Shown: in pieces, positions 40,601-49,384 of the stretch
Layout: every line of letters begins with the position of its first letter
Position numbering within the stretch: position 1 is the stretch's first letter
NCBI GenBank assembly: GCA_039024555.1
Contig: JBCCQQ010000021.1
Location: 1-64,000 of the forward strand
Reading direction: 5' to 3'
Source: Cyanobacteria bacterium P01_D01_bin.156
GTDB lineage: Bacteria; Cyanobacteriota; Cyanobacteriia; Phormidesmidales; Phormidesmidaceae
DNA: 64,000 nt
The notes under the pieces: generated by a model
The model's database searches: none
The model's input: the letters and a program-made list of their open reading frames with translations, nothing else
Told to the model about the DNA's origin: nothing
Made by a program: the position numbers and the translations under genes

Positions 40601-42634
40601 AACGAAGGTGGCGGCGGTTTCTCCGTTCCCTTTGACGTAGTAGCCAATTCTGACCTATCTGACCCCGAGAAAGAAGCCATCTACGGTGACCTAACATCCT
40701 TCCTCGACTTTGAGAATCCTGGATACGATTCTTTGGCTAATGCCGAAGCCATTACTGAAATCAGCAGCTACGCTGACGGCCTTGGCCCCTGGAAGAACAA
40801 CATTCTCCTACGGGAATCCATTCCCACATCTGAAGACCGCGATGGTAACGGCACCAACGAAACCATTCTGCAGCGTCTGGCGTTCGACACCACTGAGGGT
40901 TCCTTTACTGGAATTCTTTCCTACAACAGTGAACTAATCACTGGCGAAGGCACTGAGGTAATCGACCCATTCACCGGTGCTGTTGAGTTAGACATCGACT
41001 TCTTCGGTACTACACTCACAGAAGAAGACGATACTCTGTTTGACTTCTTCCCCCAGGTATTCCTAGAGGATGGTACCGTTGTTGACCTCGACTATACGGT
41101 ATTAACCGATGACCTACTCTTCTCCATCTCCGGTGAGCCCAATGAGCTCACGGTTGATTTTGAAGTCGGTCCTATAGAAGCGCCCACATTAGCTGGCGAG
41201 GGAACTGTTGAACTGATTTCTCCCGAAATTAGTTCTCAGCTCACAGGTGAAATCATACCTCTGGTTGACTATGCCCACGATGCTGGTCTACAGATTCATC
41301 CCTACACGCTGCGGGATGAGCCCCGATTCCTAACGCTTAACCCCGATGGCACACCTCAAATTACTGGCGAAGAGTTTGAGCAACTCATCGAACTAGGCGT
41401 AGATGGGTTCTTCACTGACTTCCCCGAAACCGGTCGAATCGTTGTTGAACAGTTTGAAACCGCTGAAGAGTTTGCGAACCTACGCGGTTCTCGTGGTTAT
41501 GAGGGCATGGCCTTTAGCCCCGACCGTCAGACGCTGTACCCAATGTTAGAGGGTACTGTCTTTGGCGATCCCGCCGGTTCGTTACGCATCTATGAATTTG
41601 ATGTAGCCAGCAGCGCCTTCGAAGGCATTGTGGGGCTATACCAAATGGATGCTAATAACCACGCCATCGGTGACTTCACTCCCATCAACGATAACGAGTA
41701 TCTCGTAATTGAGCGGGATGGTCGTCAAGGTGCAGACGCTGCCTTCAAGAAGATCTTCAAGGTGGATCTGTCTAACATAGATGAGGATGGCTTTGTTGAG
41801 AAGACAGAAGTAGCTGACCTATTGAACATTGCCGATCCTGACGATCTCAATGGCGATGGTGAAACTAGCTTTTCCTTCCCATTCGTCACCATTGAGGATG
41901 TGCTTGTCTTAGACGAGAACACTATCCTGGTAGCCAACGACAATAACTATCCCTTCTCCATCGGTCGTGGCTTTACTGGTCAAGAGATTGACAATAATGA
42001 AGTCATTGTTCTAGAGCTAGACAATCCTCTGGCCCTAGATTCTCGCCTAGGAACTGCAGGTATTCCTGAGCCTGCACCGATCTTGGGTGATGAGGGTGAG
42101 AATGTGCTTGTCGGTACCGTTAGCAATAACACTATTGCTGGTGGCTTAAGCGGTGACATTATCTCCGGTGGTGATGGTGATGACGTGTTGCGGGGTGACC
42201 TCAACAGTCGTGATCCTCAGGGTAATGCCGGTGGTGATGACCTGATCTTCGGTGGGGCCGGTAACGACCGCATTGGTGGTAAGGGCGGCAACGATGAACT
42301 CTTTGGTGATGCTGGCGATGACCTGCTTTGGGGTGATGCTGGCGATGACATCCTACGGGGTGACCTGGGTAACGATACGCTAACGGGTGATAACTTCTCC
42401 GGTGGTAGTGGTTCCGATACCTTTATTCTGGCGACTGGTGAAGGAACCGATACGATCACTGACTTTGAACTTGGCACTGACTTTATTGGTCTTGCTGACG
42501 GGTTAACCTTCGAACAGTTATCTCTAGGTCAGAATGGTGATAGTGCGGTCATTACCGTTGGTGATGAAGACCTTGCATTCCTCAATGGAGTGACTGCTTC
42601 TGCACTAACAGAGACGTCCTTTACTTTGGTCTAA
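37670..42634 (+). CDS. multidomain phosphoesterase: split phytase-like domain, two glycerophosphodiester phosphodiesterase domains, RTX tail
   Basis: QPVQGFSG/LSDNGFG/DIES/EEFGP (phytase-like N part); two IAHRG..PEHTLEAY..IEPD..YPETK..IQSFE..GFFTDFP units; GYEGMA...ANDNNYPF (C part); GGxGND repeats. Confidence 0.88.
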   Translation: MVTLKGFASLPADTFADGPSSGSDNGRIDAINRIQPISANGRSGPFDGQPVQGFSGVQFAPNTDDQTFWFLSDNGFGGESNSTDYLLRIYQAKPSFNGQGGDGSVDIQGFVQLSDPSGLIPFDIQNGDSGERLLTGADFDIESFVIDNNGDIWVGEEFGPYILHFNSEGELLEAPIATPNPVDLNTLNGQDPLVIAHRGASGDFPEHTLEAYRAAIAAGTDFIEPDVVTTSDGVLIARHEPMLDDTTNVAEVFGPERMSTKNLDGAEVTAYFAEDFTWEEIQQLRAVQPRPYRDQNFNELFKIPSLEQVIELVQEVEAQTGVQVGIYPETKHPTFFDDQGLSLEEPLVQTLQDTGFTDPNRIFIQSFEFANLLDLSNQLDAVGLGDIPLVQLFGDTENQFINEGGGGFSVPYDFVANVSNTQTIVSTDATDNNIVASAPDAPGGDVVDISVDLNDGGAPTNGLLRFNNIVLPEGATLESASLSVYTNSASDGTISAFQMLQAWDDSSTWNSFGGDGIQADGVEAATETSFTLEQPTDETLLNIDVTADVEAWLANPDSNQGWVFLNDSGDGWDFWSSEFTDDPALVPQLSLTLNTPGQINDAELAEIYGDLVNIIDFSSAPTYADLANQEALDYITTYADGLGPWKNNILLREPIDTPVDGNGDGIAEISTQLTGEIFPLIDLAHNADLQVHPYTLRDEERFLTLNPDGTPQTPEQEFQQLVELGADGFFTDFPRTGDPVVDKLTSDEVRSPNNPDFDFNTLNGQTPLVIAHRGDSGNFPEHTLEAYRSAILQGADFIEPDLAITSDGVLIARHEPILDDTTNVAEIFGEERKSTKVLDGQEITAYFAEDFTLEEIKQLSAVQSRDFRSDEFDGQFEIPTFQEVIELVQEMEADYGFEVGIYPETKHPTFFDEQGLSLEEPLVQTLVDTGFTDRDRIFIQSFEISNLLDLRNNILPEAGLDDLQLVQLFGDTQGSFINEGGGGFSVPFDVVANSDLSDPEKEAIYGDLTSFLDFENPGYDSLANAEAITEISSYADGLGPWKNNILLRESIPTSEDRDGNGTNETILQRLAFDTTEGSFTGILSYNSELITGEGTEVIDPFTGAVELDIDFFGTTLTEEDDTLFDFFPQVFLEDGTVVDLDYTVLTDDLLFSISGEPNELTVDFEVGPIEAPTLAGEGTVELISPEISSQLTGEIIPLVDYAHDAGLQIHPYTLRDEPRFLTLNPDGTPQITGEEFEQLIELGVDGFFTDFPETGRIVVEQFETAEEFANLRGSRGYEGMAFSPDRQTLYPMLEGTVFGDPAGSLRIYEFDVASSAFEGIVGLYQMDANNHAIGDFTPINDNEYLVIERDGRQGADAAFKKIFKVDLSNIDEDGFVEKTEVADLLNIADPDDLNGDGETSFSFPFVTIEDVLVLDENTILVANDNNYPFSIGRGFTGQEIDNNEVIVLELDNPLALDSRLGTAGIPEPAPILGDEGENVLVGTVSNNTIAGGLSGDIISGGDGDDVLRGDLNSRDPQGNAGGDDLIFGGAGNDRIGGKGGNDELFGDAGDDLLWGDAGDDILRGDLGNDTLTGDNFSGGSGSDTFILATGEGTDTITDFELGTDFIGLADGLTFEQLSLGQNGDSAVITVGDEDLAFLNGVTASALTETSFTLV

Positions 42635-42693
42635 GCGTTTATCAAAGACAAATCTAAATTCATCTAGGTTTGTTTTCCCTTTGGACTCAATAG

Positions 42694-42724
42694 GCAGCGA
42701 AGAAAACCTCTTCGCTGCTTTTTT
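42694..42724 (+). terminator. rho-independent terminator
   Basis: GCAGCGAAGA-aaacc-TCTTCGCTGC then T-run. Confidence 0.8.
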
Positions 42725-42900
42725 ACGTAATTCACTACGAATAAAGTCAAGATTTCACCGTCAGCATGGCAAGACTGCTAGCTAATGGTCAGTTTATCGA
42801 AGCGGCCTATATGGAAATGTTTTTTGGGAAATTTCCTCAGCGTTCTGATGATAGAAAGCTAGAGAATTGGTGATTTAATTCCATGAAGATAATTTAAAGC

Positions 42901-43044
42901 TTTCTGGATAACTCCGAGCCTGGGGGGTATTATCCAGAAACTTTCTGGGATATTCCCTTATAGAGTGGTTATCCAGAAAGTTTCTGGATAACTCCGACTG
43001 AGGGGTATTTATCCAGACAAAGTCTGGATAATGCGTAGTTGTGC
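42901..43044. repeat. array of ~23-bp palindromes at ~40-bp period
   Basis: TTATCCAGAAAGTTTCTGGATAA at 42969, variants at 42930 and 43009, half copy at 42901. Confidence 0.85.
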
Positions 43045-43174
43045 CGCTTAGTGACCTGACGAATGCACGAGTAAAGTCCTATGTGTCAACCTCTGTGATT
43101 TACTTTATCTGGATTTTTTGTTAGGCAATGATGATTTCGTAGTTTCGAAAGGTTTCTCTGGGGAAAGGTTAAAC

Positions 43175-44107
43175 ATGGCATCAGAAAGCTTTGCTCAGCA
43201 GAAAGACAGACCAGTTCTAAGCTACGGGGCAGACCCTGAAGCCTCTCAGTTGGTCTTACCGAAATCAGCCAAGCTCTCTACAGGAAGCCAGTGGAAAGAT
43301 TTCTATTTTGAAATCCAGAAGCAGCCCGCCCATGATACGGGAGAGCATTATCACCAGATGCATATTCTGACTATGGTGACATCAGGTACACCGATTAACC
43401 AGGCGATCGATGGGAGATCTCAGAAGAATTTAGTGGGTCACAACAATGCGTTCATCCTTCCCGCTGGTGCATTGCATCAATGTGATTGGCAACGAGATAT
43501 TGAATTCATGTTTGTTGGGCTCGATCCCCATATATTTGTTCAGATTGGTCAAGAATTAACCAGCTCAGATCGCGTGGAGCTGATTCCGCATTTTGGCACA
43601 GTTGAAGATCCGCTGTTACAGGGCATTCTGCTCACGCTAAAGCAAGAAATGATCATAAGTGGGCTCAATACACCCTTGTTTGTAGATCAGCTCAAAACGA
43701 CTTTAGTAATGCATCTCCTAAGGAGTTATGGCGTTCGTCAAGCCAAAATTGCAACCTATGCTGATGGGTTACCTCGCCACAAGTTAAATCAGGTCAAAGA
43801 CTATATCACGGCTCACTTAGATCAGAACCTGGGGTTAGCGGAACTAGCGCAGCAGGTCGGGATGAGTCAGTTTTACTTCAGCCGATTATTCAAACAATCG
43901 ATGCAGGTTACGCCGCATCAGTACGTGATTCAACAGCGAGTGGAGCAGGCGAAGCAATTGATTCAGAAGGGCCAATTGAGCCTAGTCGAGGTTGCCTTAG
44001 AGTGCGGATTTTCCAATCAATCCCATCTGAATCGACACTTTAAGCGGCTGTTAGGAGTGACGCCCAAAGAAGTTGCAAGAACGTACAAAACGAGCAAGAA
44101 CGTGTAA
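43175..44107 (+). CDS. AraC-family transcriptional regulator
   Basis: LGLAELAQQVGMSQFYFSRLFKQSM, VALECGFSNQSHLNRHFKR. Confidence 0.95.
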   Translation: MASESFAQQKDRPVLSYGADPEASQLVLPKSAKLSTGSQWKDFYFEIQKQPAHDTGEHYHQMHILTMVTSGTPINQAIDGRSQKNLVGHNNAFILPAGALHQCDWQRDIEFMFVGLDPHIFVQIGQELTSSDRVELIPHFGTVEDPLLQGILLTLKQEMIISGLNTPLFVDQLKTTLVMHLLRSYGVRQAKIATYADGLPRHKLNQVKDYITAHLDQNLGLAELAQQVGMSQFYFSRLFKQSMQVTPHQYVIQQRVEQAKQLIQKGQLSLVEVALECGFSNQSHLNRHFKRLLGVTPKEVARTYKTSKNV

Positions 44108-44193
44108 GAGCTGGCTAAGGCTTGTTCCCTATTCTAAGAACAGTTCAGACAACGACAGTCTGAGTCAGTCCACTAGCAATAGAGGTTACTGCC

Positions 44194-45159
44194 ATGAAAG
44201 CAATTCGCGTCAATGCATTTGGTTCGCCCAACGTCCTCGAACTGGCAGAGGTTGCCGACCCATCGCCTGCGGCTGGGCAGGTTGTGATTCGCGTTCACGC
44301 CGCTGGAGTGAGTCCGCTCGATACCTATGTGCGGGAGCAAAGCCACAGCGCACCTACCCCGTCTTTGCCTTACGTTCCTGGATTTGAAGCTGCAGGCACA
44401 ATCACCGCCATTGGGCAGGGGGTTACTCAGTTCAAGGTAGGCGATCGCGTCTACACAAACGTATTTATGGGAGCCTACGCCGAGCTTTTAGTCCAGGAGG
44501 CCACGGCGGTTTACCCACTCCCCAATAGCATCTCCTTTGCCCAGGGTGCAGCTGTCGCCAGTTCTTATCCCACGGCGCACTACGCGCTTTTCAATTTGGC
44601 CAAGGCAGTTCCCCAATCCAGCGTCTTTATCCACGGTGCCAGTGGGGCGGTAGGGCTGGCCGCTGTCCAGCTTGCCCGAGCGGCTGGCATGACCGTCGTA
44701 GGGAGTGCTGGCAGCCCAGAGGGACTGGAATTGGTTGAGCAGGAAGGCGCACATTTAGCGGTCAACCACCATGAGTCCAACTATCTCCAAAAGGCAATTG
44801 ATTTTACCGAAGGCAAAGGGTTTGACGTCATTTTGGAGATGAATGCAACGAAAAAGCTGGCGGATGATATCAGCCTGCTCGCGCCCTTCAGTCGAATTAT
44901 TGTCATCGGCGGCACTGATGGCACTGTCACCTTTGACCCCGCTCCCCTGCTCTGGAAAGGCGCAAGCATCATCGGCCTTTATATCGGTCTGGCCTCTCCT
45001 ACGGAAATGAGTGAGAGTCACAAAGCGATCTACGCAGGGTTAGAAAACGGATCGCTGCGTCCCCAAGTCGCTCAAGAATTCAGTCTAACCAATGCTCCAC
45101 TGGCTCATGAAACGGTTAGAACTGCTCGCAGCGCTGGCAAAATCGCCCTCGTATTCTGA
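44194..45159 (+). CDS. NADPH:quinone reductase (zeta-crystallin/MDR family)
   Basis: MKAIRV..FG.P.VL, PYVPGFEAAG, HGASGAVG, GKIAL. Confidence 0.9.
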   Translation: MKAIRVNAFGSPNVLELAEVADPSPAAGQVVIRVHAAGVSPLDTYVREQSHSAPTPSLPYVPGFEAAGTITAIGQGVTQFKVGDRVYTNVFMGAYAELLVQEATAVYPLPNSISFAQGAAVASSYPTAHYALFNLAKAVPQSSVFIHGASGAVGLAAVQLARAAGMTVVGSAGSPEGLELVEQEGAHLAVNHHESNYLQKAIDFTEGKGFDVILEMNATKKLADDISLLAPFSRIIVIGGTDGTVTFDPAPLLWKGASIIGLYIGLASPTEMSESHKAIYAGLENGSLRPQVAQEFSLTNAPLAHETVRTARSAGKIALVF

Positions 45160-45230
45160 TTATCTCTAGCGCTTTCTTGCTAGCCTCACAGCCCAAAGCA
45201 AACCCGATCATCAACAAGGAAATTACAACA

Positions 45231-45689
45231 ATGCTGAACTATTCACTAGAGCCCATCTTCTCGTATCACTTACAGCTCAACCCACCCGAAATCCTGGGTC
45301 CGGTGCCAGAGGGTATCCGCATCAATGCTTATACAAAGAGCGGTACAGTCACCGGCGAGAAGGTCAACGGCATCCTACGTCCTGTTGGGGGTGATTGGGT
45401 GACAGTCCGTCCGGACGGTGTCGGTATTACCGATGTCAGAGGCACCATCGAAACCGAAGATGGCGCACTTATCTACATCACTTACACAGGTGTCCTAGAG
45501 CTAGGTGAAGACGGCTATCAGAAGGTTTTAGAAGGAAAGCTGCCCACAAATGCCAAGATTCGCAGCGCTCCTCGCTTTCAAACCGCGCATCCAGACTATC
45601 TCTGGCTCAACCGCATCCAGGCGATCAGCGTGGCTGAGATTGACCTGACTACGTTTATTGCGGACTTTGATGTTTACGCAGTTCGATAA
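45231..45689 (+). CDS. DUF3237 domain protein
   Basis: GGDW..RPDG...DVR, ETEDGALIY, PRFQTAHPDYLWLN. Confidence 0.85.
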   Translation: MLNYSLEPIFSYHLQLNPPEILGPVPEGIRINAYTKSGTVTGEKVNGILRPVGGDWVTVRPDGVGITDVRGTIETEDGALIYITYTGVLELGEDGYQKVLEGKLPTNAKIRSAPRFQTAHPDYLWLNRIQAISVAEIDLTTFIADFDVYAVR

Positions 45690-45743
45690 CCGCACAACTC
45701 AACAAAATTCATCGTTTCTGATTGAGAAAAAAAGGAGCATTGT

Positions 45744-46361
45744 ATGAAAATTGGCGTGATTGGAGCGGGCGGCATTGGTGGAACTGTGGGCACCCTCTGG
45801 GCAAGAGCAGGACATGAGGTTTTCTTTAGTTCTCGCAATCCCGAAAAGCTCGCATCGCTGGTCGCTGAAGCGCGAAATGGAGCCAGAGCAGGATCGATTG
45901 AAGAAGCGGCTGAATTCGCCGATGTGATTTTCCTAGCCGTGTATTACTGGACAACTGATGATGCGATCGCGGCGGCTGACTCCCTCGATGGCAAGGTTAT
46001 CATTGATGCCACCAATCCCTACATGCGCACCGACGATGGGCAAATCCAGCGCGTCCCTGATGTTAGCGCGGCTTTAGAACTTGCCCAGAAGCTTCCTGAC
46101 AGTAAGGTGGTAAAAGCATATAACACTCTACCCACAGAAACATTCGCAAACGAGCATCATCGTTCTGAACCCTACGCCTTGTTCTACTGTGGAGACGATT
46201 CGCATGCAAAAGCGATCTCTGCTCAGCTGATTACAGATAGTGGATTTGTGGGGATAGACATAGGGGCTTTGAGTTGTGTCACTCTTCAAGAACCCGATGG
46301 CCCGTTGTATAACAATCTACTCACAGCAGACGCTGCCCATCAAGCGCTAGAAGCTTTGTAG
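45744..46361 (+). CDS. NADPH-dependent F420 reductase-like oxidoreductase
   Basis: GVIGAGGIG, IDATNP, VVKAYNT, CGDD. Confidence 0.88.
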   Translation: MKIGVIGAGGIGGTVGTLWARAGHEVFFSSRNPEKLASLVAEARNGARAGSIEEAAEFADVIFLAVYYWTTDDAIAAADSLDGKVIIDATNPYMRTDDGQIQRVPDVSAALELAQKLPDSKVVKAYNTLPTETFANEHHRSEPYALFYCGDDSHAKAISAQLITDSGFVGIDIGALSCVTLQEPDGPLYNNLLTADAAHQALEAL

Positions 46362-46370
46362 AAGAAAGCG

Positions 46371-46455
46371 AACCAACAACTCTGATGCAGCGGACGGTAT
46401 CCAGATCCTAGTGGTGGCATAAAGACTCTGCCGCCGCTGACCAGGAACGTTAATC
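46371..46455 (+). other. integron attC-like recombination site
   Basis: AACCAAC ... TGCAGCGGAC / GCCGCTGA (extrahelical G and A) ... GTTAATC; 85 bp, starting 10 bp after a stop codon. Confidence 0.75.
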
Positions 46456-46817
46456 TAATATCCTTTTGGTGCGGTCAGTTGTTTACCAATTTGACCGTGC
46501 TGTTTACGGTTGGGAAGGCGCGATCGCGCTGAATAAGTTCTATGAATAGAGGTGTTATCAAGCAAAAGTCCTGTGTGAGATCCGGGTGTATGGATCCTGT
46601 ACAGCAGCTCTGACGAGCGATTTTCAATCGCATTGAATACACCCTGCACCCTATACTCGCTCACCACCAATATATATTCATCCCAACCGGGAACCGCTAT
46701 AGATTACTAGTATGCGTACAATAAGTGAAAACACATAATGCTACTGATCTGTGGCATTTCCCGAAAACTGGTAACAATCTGATCGCTCTCGACCATTACC
46801 AAAGCTAGGAGTAAGAA

Positions 46818-47579
46818 ATGGCAATTGCAATCATGAGCGCAATGGACGAAGAAAACGCTAAGTTGGTTGCTGAGTTGGGTGATTCCCGAGAGACAGTTGA
46901 AAAAGGAATGCGAGTATACCATTCAGGCATGTTATGGGGTATCCCCTCCGTTGTTGTCTTCTCCCGGTGGGGAAAAGTGGCGGCCGCTACAACGGCAACA
47001 TATCTGATTGCTGAGTTTGAAGTCGATGAAATCATATTCACAGGGGTGGCTGGCGGCGCGGATCCTGCCCTACGTCCAGGTGACGTGGTCGTCGCCACCG
47101 AACTTTGCCAGCACGATATGAATGCTACACCGCTCTTTCCACGTCACGAGATTCCGCTGATCGGAAAATCCACCTTCGAGAGTAACGGCGAGCGTAGGCT
47201 TCAAGCAATCGATGCGGCGAAGAGATTCTTGCAGAACGAATTGACATCCCAGGTTGACGCTACAATATTGAAAGAATTTGGTATTGTCAATCCAAAAGTT
47301 ATTGAAGGTGAGGTTGCGAGCGGTGATAGCTTTATTGCGGCTGCAGCTGAACTACAGGAACTCAAGTCACGCCTCCCTCGTGCCGCCTGTGTTGAAATGG
47401 AAGGAGCTGCCGTTGCACAGGTATGCTATGAGTACGGGGTTCCTTTTACAGTTATTCGAACGATCTCTGACGCTGCGGACGAAGATGCGGTCATAGATTT
47501 CCCAAAGTTTATCAGCACTGTCGCGAGTACATATTCTCACGGAATTCTCGAGCAGCTATTCAAAGAGCTGGGATCATAA
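46818..47579 (+). CDS. mtnN: 5'-methylthioadenosine/S-adenosylhomocysteine nucleosidase
   Basis: AIMSAMDEE, GKVAAA, FTGVAGG, SGDSFI, VEMEGAAVAQV, RTISD. Confidence 0.92.
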   Translation: MAIAIMSAMDEENAKLVAELGDSRETVEKGMRVYHSGMLWGIPSVVVFSRWGKVAAATTATYLIAEFEVDEIIFTGVAGGADPALRPGDVVVATELCQHDMNATPLFPRHEIPLIGKSTFESNGERRLQAIDAAKRFLQNELTSQVDATILKEFGIVNPKVIEGEVASGDSFIAAAAELQELKSRLPRAACVEMEGAAVAQVCYEYGVPFTVIRTISDAADEDAVIDFPKFISTVASTYSHGILEQLFKELGS

Positions 47580-47689
47580 GCGATAACAGCTAGGCAAAGT
47601 AAGTGGCTATGCATCATCTCCCAAAAAACACGATGGAGTAACGTTAAAATTACTCAGCATTAGTCATGGTGGGTAACTTTGGCCAAGTC

Positions 47690-47774
47690 GTCTAACACGG
47701 TATCAGTGCAGACTGAGTGAAGGTTATCGATTAAAATCAGAGGCACTGACGGCTGCACAACTCTGTCGCTGTGC
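47690..47774 (+). other. degenerate attC-like site
   Basis: GTCTAAC ... GTGCAGAC / GGCTGCACAAC ... GCTGTGC (GTT changed to GCT); 85 bp like the first site. Confidence 0.6.
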
Positions 47775-47810
47775 TATCCAGCCTCAATACTCTCATTGAG
47801 CTGATCTGAC

Positions 47811-49058
47811 ATGAAAAATAGATTGTTCACATCACCGACAAGCATCCAAACAATGCTTGGGGAGATTGTGAGCAATGGCCGAGCCTGTGGTGTAGTAGTT
47901 GGCCTGCTAGATTCAGATGAAAGTCGGCAAATATTCACACATGGCAACGCAGGCTCAAATTCTCTTCCCCTCAGCGCTGAGAGCGTATTCGAAATTGGTT
48001 CTATCACTAAGGTTTTTACCAGCATTCTGTTGACCGACATGGTACAGCGAGGTGAGGTGGAGTTGTCTGAGCCGCTTGCAAAGTTGTTGCCATTCCATCT
48101 GGATATGAATTACCACGCGATCCAGGCGAAACATTTGAATACTCCAACTATGCCATGGGCCTCTTAGGTCATGCCCTTGCGTGTCGGCATAAATTATGAG
48201 GAGTTACTCACCGAGAGGGTACTCCAACCGTTAGGACTGTCGCACACGGCAATCACTCTCTCTCCGTGGATGAAAAACCATCTAGCCTATGGACACAATG
48301 GCTTTGGCGATCCAGTCCCCCTGTGGGACATGCCAACCCTTGCCGGAGCGGGAGCCCTACGCTCGACTGTCAGCGATATGCTAGATTTCGCAGCAAGCAA
48401 CCTTTCCCCAGACAATACAAGCTTGGGACCAGCATTGAAGGATGCACAACGCATTCGTCGAGAGTTAGGCGAAGGTGGTGACAGCATTGGCCTCAATTGG
48501 ATTATCTCTAAACCTGGAGAGCGTACAATCACATGGCACAACGGGGGCACCGGAGGATATCGCACCTTCCTAGGGCTGGATCTCCAGGCAAGCCGTGCAG
48601 TCGTGGTGTTAGCAAACTCTGGTGGTAATGCTGTTGATGATGTGGGATTCCACCTGCTCGATCCAACAATCCCCCTAAAACAACCATCAGCCGCACCCGT
48701 CATCGCCTCCACCTATCGCACCAAAGGTATCGAGAAGGCTATCCAGCACTATCAATCACTTTGCAGTACGGATCACTTTCAGATCGACGAACGCGCGTTG
48801 AATAATGTTGGTTATTGGTTGCTCAGACAAGAACTCATTGAAGATGCAATTGAGCTCTTTCGTTTGAACGTGGAGACATACTCCGATGTGCCAAATTTAT
48901 ACGATAGCCTAGGTGACGCTTATATGGCTGCGGGTAGTTTTATAGAAGCAAGGGAGAGTTACGAGAGAGCAGTCAAACTGGCTGAAACAGTAGCCCCCCT
49001 GGGACTATCTCTCTACCGAGCAAACTTGGAGAAAGCAATAAAGCAGTTGAGTCAGTAA
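47811..49058 (+). pseudogene. serine hydrolase (class C beta-lactamase-like) + TPR gene with an internal deletion and two frameshifts
   Basis: SxxK (GSITK) in ORF 47811; YSN segment (PGETFEYSNYAMGLLG) in another frame near 48095-48180; HNG motif and TPR in ORF 48171; THTSG segment not seen. Confidence 0.85.
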
Positions 49059-49162
49059 CAATAATGCATAGTATTTCTTAGCTGCATTTAACCATCCGCT
49101 GAAGCGTTGAGTGGTTGAAGTAAACACATAACAAGGAGTACACTATCCCGCATGCACATATG

Positions 49163-49331
49163 GCATAACAATGCCATTGCTAACGAAACGAGGGTTACAT
49201 GATCAAATTAAGCTGTTGCTAATTTAAGGGATGGACCGATCTGACGACGCTCAACTGTGCCAGTCTCTTGCAGAAAAAGTCATCCTGAGGAGTAGCAACG
49301 CCCAAATTAATATATGTTTGGCCCGTTAGAC
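49163..49331 (+). other. decayed attC-like site interrupted by a MITE
   Basis: GCATAACAATGCCATTGC left end, GGCCCGTTAGAC right end; arms only partly complementary. Confidence 0.45.
49212..49302 (+). mobile_element. 91-bp MITE with 8-bp target site duplication
   Basis: GCTGTTGCTAA...GTAGCAACGCC flanked on both sides by CAAATTAA. Confidence 0.85.
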
Positions 49332-49384
49332 TATGACCACTCGATTTTAACCACCGCCATCTAGAGGAATCACAAATAAGTGTC

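Noticed and set aside
42901..43044. CRISPR array
   Set aside because: Linkers are only 16-18 nt and two are related to each other; the repeats vary; no cas genes in the window
46456..46810. Gene between the first attC and mtnN
   Set aside because: Only short interrupted frames; possibly a remnant, but not identifiable
47581..47650. Additional attC directly after mtnN (CGATAAC...GTTAAAA)
   Set aside because: End boxes are present but the inner arms are not convincingly complementary
48090..48185. Programmed ribosomal frameshifting in the serine hydrolase
   Set aside because: No slippery sequence, two shifts would be needed, and a conserved segment is deleted
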